From: Spirogloea muscicola
Taxonomy: Eukaryota
Assembly (NCBI GenBank): GCA_009602725.1
Contig: WELB01000007.1
Coordinates: forward strand, 1,443,239 to 1,463,238
Length of the DNA: 20,000 bases
Direction: 5' to 3'
Shown: positions 10,501-20,000 of the stretch, one piece after another
Numbering within the stretch: position 1 is the first letter of the stretch
Layout of the letters: every line of letters begins with the position of its first letter
The notes under the pieces: model-generated
Database searches by the model: none
What the model saw: only the letters and a program-made list of their open reading frames with translations
Told to the model about the DNA's origin: nothing
Translations under genes and position numbers: made by a program

Positions 10501-12583
10501 CGCCGATGTGAGTGCAACTCTTCGAGCACACAGACATTCACGAAACTCGTCTCCAACCTTGCCCTTGCAATATCAGAGAGCTTGAGAAATGGATGGATAG
10601 CACTCTTGCTGGCGCTGTCCGACAAAGTTGGTGGCCACCCAGACGCCTTCAAGCAGGAGTCAAGTTCTGCAGAAAAGCGAGTCCACAGTTAGCGGCTCTC
10701 ATAGTGACCTGATATCTTGCTTAAAAGATAGTGAAGAGGAGGGGTTTTGCATGTCGTTGTCCTTGTCCAATCTTGGTAAGATGAACAGTAGCAGCACAGA
10801 CGAGGACTTGCCGCTGGCAACACATCCTCTCTTACTTTTAGCAGTGGTGAGTAGGTATAGAACAGAATCTGGGTCTACCTTTCAGTGCTGCAGGACGAAG
10901 TTTCGCTCCGCTGTTGTCAATCCTGACATGCATATTTGCTACGAGGTTGCTCCAAGATGGTCTCTTAGACGTCATTGATGCAGTGGCTTTGGCAGCAACT
11001 TGAAACTGATCGACTGCCACAGCCAGCTGCACATGGAGTATCACAGCCGTGCTGATAGCTGAAAGATGCTATGTAGCAAGCAGGTGCCTCCCAGTGAGAC
11101 AGATTATTCTGCTTCCAGATATTGGAGAGGCAGGCTGGTCATCTGATAAGTTCATAACACGTCCTCAAGGTGCGGCAACTGTCATTGGGAGAGTCAGTGT
11201 ACCTTGCTCGCGTCTACTGAACTGATAGAGGCTACTTGTGCGCCAGCTCTGATTCCAGGCAAACTTGCAAGTGCTGCAACACATGCTCAAATTTTGACAC
11301 TTAACAGGCCTCCAGAATGCCCTTGACCTTGCACAGAGTCCAAACACTGCAGACAGGTGGACAGATGCCAAGCCATACGGATAGCAATGCCTTCGATCCA
11401 GCTGCAAGTGCTAGTGCTTTCGCTTGTGGACTCAGGACCACAGGCCACTGCTGAGCATGGCTGCGGAGCTCCAACCAAGCAGTGCCTGGCCAGCGAGCCG
11501 GAGTCACAATCCCTACTCACCAGCTACAGAAGCCTCCAGTCCAGCATTAACTTGCTCGAGGTGCAACAAGCTTTCCACGTATTCTTGCACCCTCCCTAAG
11601 GCCATGACCTCAGTAGCAACTTCTTCCAGCTCCTTCAAGACTGGCTGCATACTAGCAGGCTCATGCCAATGATCAGCTACAATCAAGCTGCTACTATGGG
11701 CATGATTGTGCACGCCCGGCTTGCAAAATTAACGTGTTGGTGGAACTAATACAAGCTGCAGGCCATTTTAACCAATATGCGGAGGACAGAGAGTTCTGAG
11801 CACCTTGGCTGTCTGTGTAATGACAGAAGTCTGGCCCTTGAGAGCGTCTAGACGAGTGCAGAGTGCAAGCAATGCCTGCATGTGCAAATACATAGCAGGC
11901 TCTGTAAATCAGAAATGCGATACCAAGAGCAAGCATTTGCAGGGCGCACGAGCTGTGACGGCAAGCAAGCAATACTGTCCCGACATAAGCAGGAGTAGTG
12001 ACCTGGAGGCCTGTCTGAAAGTCCTCGGTGGCCTTGACGGCATGCCGGGCGAGGGCCTCCTTGGCAGCAACATCCTACAAGAGGGAACGGGCCCAAGGCA
12101 GGCAACTATGGCTCAGCGCCAGCTACAGTCATGTGACTGCGACTTGCTTGCATCTCAGGATGTTCCGTGCGACAAGCACATGATATGGTGCGGAGTCATC
12201 GAAACAGGGACAAAGGGGGCTCCGCCAGCCTCGACCTGCTGGTTGTGGCGCAGCAAGCAGGCCACCATTGCGAGCAGGGCACACAGGGGCCTCTCGCTCC
12301 CTCAGAAGCTGTCTCGGCCTTGTCATGCGGTCACCCCGGAGCTATCGACGACCGTGACGAGATGGAGAAGGCCTCCCAAAGCCAGGCTTTGGCGAAGTCT
12401 ACGCAAGAAGGTGAACGTGGCCAGGGCAGAGCAAGCTCTCGCCTGCCGGTGCAAGTGCGCCTCCTCGGCGCGTAGCGTCGCGAGGAAGGCTGGCAGGTCG
12501 CGACTGGCGGCCGGCCCGGAGGCGAATTGGCTGTTGAGGAGCGCCTTGACCGCGGGGGCCACGTCCGTCGCGGCGGCCGCCAT
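7560..12583 (-). CDS. RINT1: RINT1/TIP20-family ER-Golgi tethering protein (MAG2-like), 14 exons, about 827 aa
   Basis: Exons on -: 12583-12443, 12074-12003, 11875-11804, 11644-11521, 11273-11203, 11026-10879, 10666-10481, 10335-10209, 10040-9434, 9244-9122, 8950-8902, 8727-8591, 8341-8226, 8070-7560 (2484 nt, phases consistent; N-terminal exon borders less certain). MAG2-like motifs seen: GWPPTLS, HFHQWLQQPEYVF, WLHTVDHTIRFD, QEAEGLTAL, FSELGAKQVTADAEVLFSVF. Confidence 0.92.
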
Positions 12584-12924
12584 GCCCCCGCGCCGCCGCG
12601 CTCGCCGCGCCGCGCGTCCGCCGCGCAAGGCGGCGCGGCTCTCGGCGCCGCAGGAGTGCCGGGGGTGATCAGCACCTGGAAGCGTGGCATGAAGAAGGCC
12701 CGTCAGCGCCAGCATCATCGTCAGCGTCAGCCACGGCCTCTGGGTTGAGGACTTCAAGAATCTTGAATATCAGTTTTGTTTTTGTCCACACTCCCAAGGA
12801 AAACGATGACGGTCTCATGCCTGTCATAATGCTCCAGGCAATCTACATGACAGCCCACCTGGAAGGCTCTCACTTTGGCAGTCCTGTCAAGAGATACCAT
12901 GTTCATACCAGAGGACTGGTTGTT

Positions 12925-13310
12925 AGCATCGACAAGTTTGGCTGGGAGGACTGGCGCATATGGAGATACAAGTTGGAGATGGCGCTGCGGGCTCACAGCT
13001 TGTGGGGCGTTTGTCCTTGGGGAGGAGACGGTCGTCTCCATACACGGCGCACTGACCAGGAGGGGAGTATCCACATCATCGTGGACGTCGTGACTATCAG
13101 ACTCCGTCGACTCCGCCAACTTCACCAAGTCGGCGGCAGAGACAGGCGCACGCGGTTGTCGAGGCTGCTAACGATCAAGAACGCAAGTCTGCGGACCACC
13201 CTGCCGGCGATGGATTTGTGGTGCTGGTGATAGTCGTGCACGGGGCTTACAATTGTAAGTGTCAAGACCTCCTGCTGCAGCTTGCATGGTAGGCCATCAA
13301 TTGTCGGCAG
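12925..13310 (+). mobile_element. Degenerate Ty1/Copia gag relic
   Basis: 12925-13014 encodes SIDKFGWEDWRIWRYKLEMALRAHSLWGV and continues after a frameshift as VLGEETV. This resembles the Copia gag N-terminus (IEKFxGxNYxxWKxKMxxxLxAxxLWxxVxGxE, DUF4219-type). Downstream frames carry stops, with only a weak zinc-knuckle-like trace (YNCKC...INCR). No LTR or RT seen; the right boundary is uncertain. Confidence 0.65.
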
Positions 13311-13454
13311 GGACAGCAAGGTGAGCTGCCCAGCTTAAACTTGCCGGGTTGCTTGCTCAAACTCTCCACCTGGGCAAGGTGTTGTTTCTTTCTTGAAACA
13401 AGAAAAGGTGAGCTGTTTCTTTCTCGTTTTCTCGCATAGTCTTCTGCACAGAAG

Positions 13455-13700
13455 TGAGAAGTGAGCTCTTCCAAAAGGGCCGGGGGCTGCGAATGCCCAG
13501 CCCGAAAAGAAGCAAGACTCTTGCATAGTTGTGTGCTTTTGGCGTCATTCGGCCTTTTGGACCTTGCCTTTTCGGGCTGGCTGTTTACAGCCAGCTCTAT
13601 GACCCCTCTGTAGGGGCAGAAATTTTGGAGTAGGCCATCGGAGTTGGGTGGCCTTTGTCAGCTAAGAGAGAGAAAAGGGCGGGCTCGCACACAGACTCTG
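13455..13700. repeat. Cluster B of the GGGCTGGC...CAGCC intergenic repeat family
   Basis: Full unit on - at about 13455-13510; cores on + at 13574 and about 13646; perfect 13-bp inverted pair 13497-13509 / 13568-13580. Confidence 0.8.
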
Positions 13701-13929
13701 CTTGATGTGACAATTTTACCTGTGTGCAACTTCTTGCAAGGGCACAGTTAGCTGCTTGAAAGGACACCATGTTATGCACATTACGACTGCCCTTCCTAAG
13801 TACTCGCAAGGTAGGGGTTGCCGACACTGAAGAAATTGACCCGTGTGCAAGGAGCAACAGAAAACAATCCTGAAAGTCTGAAGCTTGTTAAGGGCAGCCT
13901 GGCTTGGTCTGCCTCAAGCGAATGGCATC

Positions 13930-15484
13930 TCACTGCTGGAGCTGCTTGACATCGTCAATGTCCACGGGCGCCTCTTTCCACATGGGCTCCTCAGCAGCAA
14001 TGTAGTCCTGGATGGACGGGGGTAGCATGGCGAAGGTGTCGGCCCGCCAGCCCACAAGGTGCATGACTGCGCTCTCAGCAAATGGTGGTGTGTGGCCCAC
14101 GCGCACCGTGGAGCAGTGTGTGCTCACCTCCTCCTCTTCCACCTTGTCCATGAAGTAGTCGTGGTTCTCATAGACAAGGTACTCGCCTACGCAAAACGAT
14201 ATGGCCTGCAAGTGAGGACCATGGACGTCTTGCGCCTGGCATGCACGCCGCACAAGCACTGTGAAGCTGCTGCAGAGCCTCCGCCCGCAGCCCGCAGAAA
14301 TTAGAGACAAGGGCGCAGCCAACCATGGGCTTGAGCTCGGTCTGCCCACCTTGAGGTGTTTTGAAATTAAGGAACACAGGGCAGGTGAAAACCATGCTCG
14401 TGGTGCTCTGCAGGTGCTTCAGGCTCACCACATTGCCACGCAGAGTCTGCAGCGGCTCACCCTCTCCGCCTGTCACCTGCGTGCACACCATCATCAGGTG
14501 ACGGGCTTCAGCATGTTCCAGCCATAGCCATGACGCACACATCCCATCTGATGGCTGCTGAGAGAGGAAGCGGGACTGTTGCAATGGCCAGATGGCAGCG
14601 CAGCGGTCTCGTACCTCTGTCAGGAGGCGGTTGTTGTCGAGTCGGTAAGTTGTGTGCTGGTATGCGTATTTGATGGGGGACACTGATGTATCGTTGTACT
14701 GACTCAGCACTTCTCCGCTGTCCTTGTCCCGAAATATGAAGACCTTGCGGGATAGCTGGTGGACAAGAGTGGGGCCCGCCACGACAGCGCGCGTAGCGTC
14801 AAAGCCCTCCACCTTGACCAGCAGCTTTCCCTCGGGGTGCGAGTAGATGTCGCCGGTGCTGTACCAGTAAACTGTCTCACCGTCCATGCCACACCGTAGG
14901 TTGATCCATCTGTGCAAGGCGTTGTATACAGAAAGATCAGCTACATCACGCAAGGGAAGAGGGCAAAGGAAGAGGAGAAGCTTAACAGCGAAGAAGGGTG
15001 GACTCTTATTAAGAAGGATGGACTTGCGGGTCAGGCATTGAGATGATCTGGCGGCTCGGTAGTGGCAGGCATGACATGGACCAATTAAGCCCGCAAGTGC
15101 CGCCAGCATTGGCAGTCGCTGACACGCAGCTTTGGCGCATTGTCAATAGAGTTTCTAGCTGCACCAATCCAGAGAACAGCTACTCAGGTAGGTATCAGCT
15201 CAGCACGTAGCTGGCAGCGACGACAGGCTGGCTGACCTGTAGAAGTTGGCCTCGTCAAAGTAGTCGTGGTCCTGCGCTTGGATGACCGCCAGGCGAGCGT
15301 CGGACCGCGCGCGCAGCTCCGCGTGGAAGTCCTGCTCGCGCTGCACCAGGTGGCTCTCGTACTCGGCCAGCCGCCGCCGCGCCGCCTCCGCCTCCGCGCT
15401 CTCGCGGGCCAGCCGCTCGGCGGCCTCGCGCAGCTCCCGCTCTCGGCGTTCCAGCTCCTCGCTGCCGGCCGCCACCTGCGCCGC
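13930..15484 (-). CDS. DUF1838-like protein with an N-terminal coiled coil; 5' part in the gap (candidate ATG at 16443)
   Basis: Exons on -: gap-15237, 14909-14615, 14476-14350, 14186-13930; GT-AG introns, phases consistent. The peptide WINLRCGMDGETVYWYSTGDIYSHPEGKLLVKVEGFD...QLSRKVFIFRDKDSGEVL...YENHDYF...LPPSIQDYI...PMWKEAP resembles DUF1838-family proteins. The family call is from recall, not from a search. Confidence 0.75.
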
Positions 15485-16279
15485 NNNNNNNNNNNNNNNN
15501 NNNNNNNNNNNNNNNNNNNNNNNNNNNNNNNNNNNNNNNNNNNNNNNNNNNNNNNNNNNNNNNNNNNNNNNNNNNNNNNNNNNNNNNNNNNNNNNNNNNN
15601 NNNNNNNNNNNNNNNNNNNNNNNNNNNNNNNNNNNNNNNNNNNNNNNNNNNNNNNNNNNNNNNNNNNNNNNNNNNNNNNNNNNNNNNNNNNNNNNNNNNN
15701 NNNNNNNNNNNNNNNNNNNNNNNNNNNNNNNNNNNNNNNNNNNNNNNNNNNNNNNNNNNNNNNNNNNNNNNNNNNNNNNNNNNNNNNNNNNNNNNNNNNN
15801 NNNNNNNNNNNNNNNNNNNNNNNNNNNNNNNNNNNNNNNNNNNNNNNNNNNNNNNNNNNNNNNNNNNNNNNNNNNNNNNNNNNNNNNNNNNNNNNNNNNN
15901 NNNNNNNNNNNNNNNNNNNNNNNNNNNNNNNNNNNNNNNNNNNNNNNNNNNNNNNNNNNNNNNNNNNNNNNNNNNNNNNNNNNNNNNNNNNNNNNNNNNN
16001 NNNNNNNNNNNNNNNNNNNNNNNNNNNNNNNNNNNNNNNNNNNNNNNNNNNNNNNNNNNNNNNNNNNNNNNNNNNNNNNNNNNNNNNNNNNNNNNNNNNN
16101 NNNNNNNNNNNNNNNNNNNNNNNNNNNNNNNNNNNNNNNNNNNNNNNNNNNNNNNNNNNNNNNNNNNNNNNNNNNNNNNNNNNNNNNNNNNNNNNNNNNN
16201 NNNNNNNNNNNNNNNNNNNNNNNNNNNNNNNNNNNNNNNNNNNNNNNNNNNNNNNNNNNNNNNNNNNNNNNNNNNNNNN
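15485..16279. other. Assembly gap (N run) in the GC-rich 5' end of the DUF1838-like gene
   Basis: Run of n flanked by very GC-rich sequence. Confidence 1.
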
Positions 16280-16499
16280 GCGCGCGGCGCGGGGCGCCTC
16301 GCGGCGGCGCCGCCGGCGGGCGCTTGCGCGGTCACAGCGGCAGCGGCCGGACCGTCACATGGTGGACGTGAGAGGGAACGGCTACTCGTGTCTGGGGGAC
16401 GGGTTTCGGATCGTAGGGGGCTCGTGGCTTTACGGACGGCCATGAGGCCGGCGGGAGTTGCAGACGGACCAGCGCGTGTCGGCCCCTTCGGGCCTTGTC

Positions 16500-16960
16500 A
16501 GTTCTTTTCGGCTGGCTTTTCACAGTCCTTGCCCCCTTTTTGGCTTTGGACTTTGTTCCATTCTTTCTGGGCTGGCTTTGCTAGCCCCCCTTCTTCCTTC
16601 TCTATGCAGCCCTTGCCCCCATTAGGAGTGCCACTTCTTCTCTATGGGCGAGCACTGTCCATTCCTTTTGGGCTGGCTTCTCCCAGCCACCCGTCAATTC
16701 GGCCGCGCTGACCATCGAGGGGGGTATACACTTGAGCCCACATTTCCGGAAAGTCTTCTTTGTGACAAGCCAGCCCAGAATGAATCAACATTTCTTCGAA
16801 TATAAGGCAGTGGCAGTAAAAGGCCAGCCCGAATGGACAAGGTGCAAGAAAAGAAAGTGGCTCTCCCATAGGAGGCAAGGGCTGTAACCCTTTCAGACCT
16901 TGTGCACTCGTTTGGGCTGGCCTTTGACAGCCACTGCCTTATATTGACAGAGCTTTTGAT
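16500..16960. repeat. Cluster C of the GGGCTGGC...CAGCC intergenic repeat family
   Basis: Cores on + at 16510, 16569, 16670 and 16914; cores on - at 16761-16776 and 16812-16830; tail half-units at 16607-16640 (+) and 16855-16885 (-). Confidence 0.85.
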
Positions 16961-17230
16961 TTTCTAGTCAGAGATACCGAAATTGGCTCACAGGACTGCA
17001 CAGCAGTGAGTGGTGTACAACGCTCGGCCAGCAGGGCGCTGAAGATGCATATGGGAGTTCACTGTGACTTGCGTTTCAGTCAGCTAATGATGTACCTCAA
17101 AGACAGGCTCTCGTCACGCGGCTAAGGACACGGACAAAGTTCACTGGGTACAGGCAAATAAGACGCATGCTGACGTTGTCAACGACCAGCATACCGATAT
17201 ATAAGCATTTGCAGAAGGCACAAGTTGATG

Positions 17231-20000
17231 CTATCGGTTAGCCTTGTTCCAATATTCATAGCGAGTGCGCTCCCAGCCAGGGCGTATCATGAAGGCAAAG
17301 ATGACGAAGCCAATGATTGCAGGCACTACCAGCTGGATGGGAAGCTGTGGTATTGGCGTCTTCCTTGCCATGGTGGTGCCAGAATGAGTAATACCTGCAG
17401 GCCAGCTGAGCTGAAGCCGTCAGTGGCAGATCCCCACAAACAGGTCCTAGCACTTGCGAGGTGACAGCCAGGCACGTAAGCCATGCAGCTACTTGCAGGT
17501 CCACACAGTACTTTACCACAGCCTAACATATTGATCTGTATCTACCCATGACAAAGGGATATTACTATGAATACTGGGGCTAAACAACTCCAAAGTCTCA
17601 CATGAGAGAGTTGTCTGCTTAACATATTTCTATGGGAGCCCAGCTCATGCTAACTCAAACAAAAAAGCTCACAATTGGAGGAAACATTTGTACGTATACT
17701 TCACAGAACAGAGGGAATGATAAACACGAGTGGCCTGTTGAGACAGGAACCCAGTCACAGCACAACAGAAACAGGTTTGACGCTGAGACTTGCCTCCATA
17801 TATAAGAGCTGCGACATTGTGAGCGACATGGAGAGTGATGGGTGCCCAAATGCTGCCGGAAGCCACGGCCAAAGCGCCAGCTGCAATGCCAAGGACTGCA
17901 CATGCCACATGAGGCTTCGTGAGGTGAGGCATTGGACGGGCTGCTGCTGGCATGGCAGGCACAAGCTGCTTATCTAGTCATCAGTTTCACCTGCTCATTG
18001 GTGAGCTCAAGAAAGGGATTAACAACAGAACCTTGGCAGCTCCCACCTGCAGGTCCTACTTCAAGGGACGATTCCAGGAGAATGTCAGCTGTTGATTGCA
18101 TCAGCAGGTGCTCACCAGTGGTCGCAAAGAATTGCGGCAGGTTGAGGTGGAACATCCCAAACAATGCTCCGGCGAGGATGACAGCATCCACTCTGCACAT
18201 CATCATTACCTCGCTTATCTGAGCTATCAAGAACCACCTCTCCCCACATTGATATAACAGGGGTGCAGCACTCTGCAACCTGGGTGTCAACATCCACTGT
18301 CGAGCTGTGCTGCTAGTAGTCCAGCTATCAAGGAACAGAGCACGTATGAGGTCAAGATTCTGAGCAGACGGGCAGATCTCTGCAAGGCTTGACTGATGTA
18401 CCTGCCAAGATGCGGCTTGAGAGCACTCAAAACAAAGCCACGAAAGAGCAGCTCCTCAGCAACAGCCGGCAGCAGCGCAGCAGTCGCCAAGAGGTAGACC
18501 CAGCCTGCCGGGCTTGAGGGATAGTGCTCGAACATGGACACTGCTCACCGCACAATGAGAGGCCTTCAGTCCATTGCACCTTGATGTGTCTGTGCCTGCC
18601 ATGATGCCTTGCAATTGGCCATATGTTGCAGTGTGCACTCCCTATGCAGTCAAGCCAGGGCAGACGATAGCAGGCGCAGAGAACATCTTAGCAATGAGTG
18701 GTCTGCCTACCTAGGACGCTCTTGTTAGGCAGCGGCGCAGGCAGGGAAGCGGAGAAGGCCCACAGGCGCTGCCAGATGGTGGCAGTGAGCAGCACCCAGG
18801 CACTGACGCCGCCGACCAGCCCGGCAAAGGCGAACCGCTTCTTCAGCCTGGGGCATGGTGAGAGAGTGTGACTGCTTGACTCGATTCGTGTGTGCAGGGA
18901 AAGCAGCACCTCAAGGCCCCCTCGTTATCCACATGCACTGCCTGCATCTGAGGCAGATGATGTTGCGAAAGGAAGCTCGCCCCCACTTGCCTTGCAAGGA
19001 GGAAGGTGCGCTTGAGGTCGAAGCCAGCCACCTTGCAGTAGCTGACAGTTGGGACGACGAACAGGCCCTGCCTCCTTGAAACAAGCCCAGCCAAGGGCGA
19101 CACGCCCCAAGGAGAGCTCAGCTTGGAGGCAGATCAATGGTTGTTATTGGTGCCGCATCGTGCAACACGGACACATATTGCTGTGCACCCTTACAGCTGC
19201 AGCATGGACAGCTATGACAAAATCACCTGCTACTGACATCATCCGGTTGATTTAGGCTCTTGAAAATTCTCATCAGATATGCAGAGTCTTGCTTGAAGAG
19301 GATCAGAAGGTTCAAAGTCAGCATTCAGGGGAGCCTCACTGCGCCGGATGCTTTCAATTCTGGTGAAAATGTGGGTTGTCAGGAAAAGCTGCAAGCCCAA
19401 GATGCACTTGAGGAGGGAAGGTGGAGAAGCGGCACACCCACTGCACCGCGGCGAGGACGAGGAGGGCGGCGTTCCTGGGCAGGATGAGCGTCGGCAGCGG
19501 CCCGTCGGCGAGCGCGATGAGGAGCACGAGCGACGCGCTGAACCTGGAGGAGAGTGCGGCGAGCAGGCCAGCCGCAGAGCGACGACCGTCAAGCACTTGG
19601 CACACTGCGCTTCACAGCTGCTGGCGGGCGCGGCCACCATGGCCCAAACGGGGCCTGCTGAGGGGTCCGGCAACACATATCATCACCCGCATGACTTCAA
19701 CCCTGCCAGAAATCCTGTACGATAAGACCCTGATAATGGAATTTGAGACTATGACCACAACACCTGCACCCCAAAGCCAGAGCTGCACCATAAGCCCCTG
19801 ATTCCCTGCGCTGCAGGCAGTGGGGCGGGGCAGGGCGGGCACCAGTGGATGACGTCGTTGAAGCAGGGGAGCGCCGGGACGCCCACCAGCGGGGGCTCCG
19901 CGGCCAGCACGCTCGCGTCGGGCGCGTCCACCGTGACCGCGAAGCGCGGCGGCTCGGGGTCCTCCCCCGCCTCGCCCGACGCCGGCAGCGCCGCCGCCCG
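17231..20000 (-). CDS. CPBP-family (CAAX type II / Abi) intramembrane metalloprotease, 5' end beyond the window
   Basis: Exons on -: >20000-19843, 19543-19438, 19067-18991, 18847-18711, 18540-18402, 18192-18116, 17895-17794, 17394-17231; phases consistent, last exon less certain. All three catalytic motifs are intact: EELLFRG, FGMFH, HVAHN. Multiple hydrophobic helices. Confidence 0.9.

Noticed and set aside
11805..12668. 287-aa plus-strand ORF
   Set aside because: Antisense shadow of RINT1 exons 1-3 in GC-rich DNA.
15184..16711. Long ORFs (387-481 aa) on both strands
   Set aside because: Artefacts of the second N gap. Only the minus-strand coiled-coil frame at 15237-15484 is supported.
16500..16960. 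CRISPR-like reading of the spaced palindromic repeats
   Set aside because: The repeats are degenerate, irregularly spaced and in both orientations, the spacers share similarity, no cas genes are present, and the context is eukaryotic.
17546..17573. Extra microexon within the 399-nt last CPBP intron
   Set aside because: Its donor phase would shift the last exon out of the frame that encodes a plausible transmembrane helix.
787..19842. Introner-type (mobile) introns, suggested by many similar intron sizes
   Set aside because: No shared sequence, TIRs or TSDs were visible by eye between introns. An all-vs-all alignment would be decisive.

Overview
Eukaryotic, intron-rich genomic DNA. The gene content and MAG2/GLTP1-like sequences suggest a streptophyte green alga or early-diverging plant; this is an inference and the species cannot be fixed. 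Five multi-exon genes could be spliced by hand with consistent intron phases: GLTP (+, 648-2169), an EF-hand/TMEM65 fusion (-, 3265 into the gap), RINT1/TIP20 MAG2-like (-, 7560-12583), a coiled-coil plus bacterial-type DUF1838-like gene (-, 13930 into the gap) and a CPBP/CAAX type II intramembrane protease (-, 17231 to beyond 20000). There is also a possible divergent gene start at the left edge, a Copia gag relic, a 37-bp minisatellite and two N gaps at GC-rich gene 5' ends. The most striking unexplained structure is a family of quasi-palindromic GGGCTGGC-N6-7-CAGCC units of about 50-60 bp. They form inverted clusters in all three tail-to-head intergenic spacers and were not seen elsewhere in the window. 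Also notable are 4 of 34 reconstructed introns with GC donors, and CpG-island-like 5' ends against CpG-depleted gene bodies.
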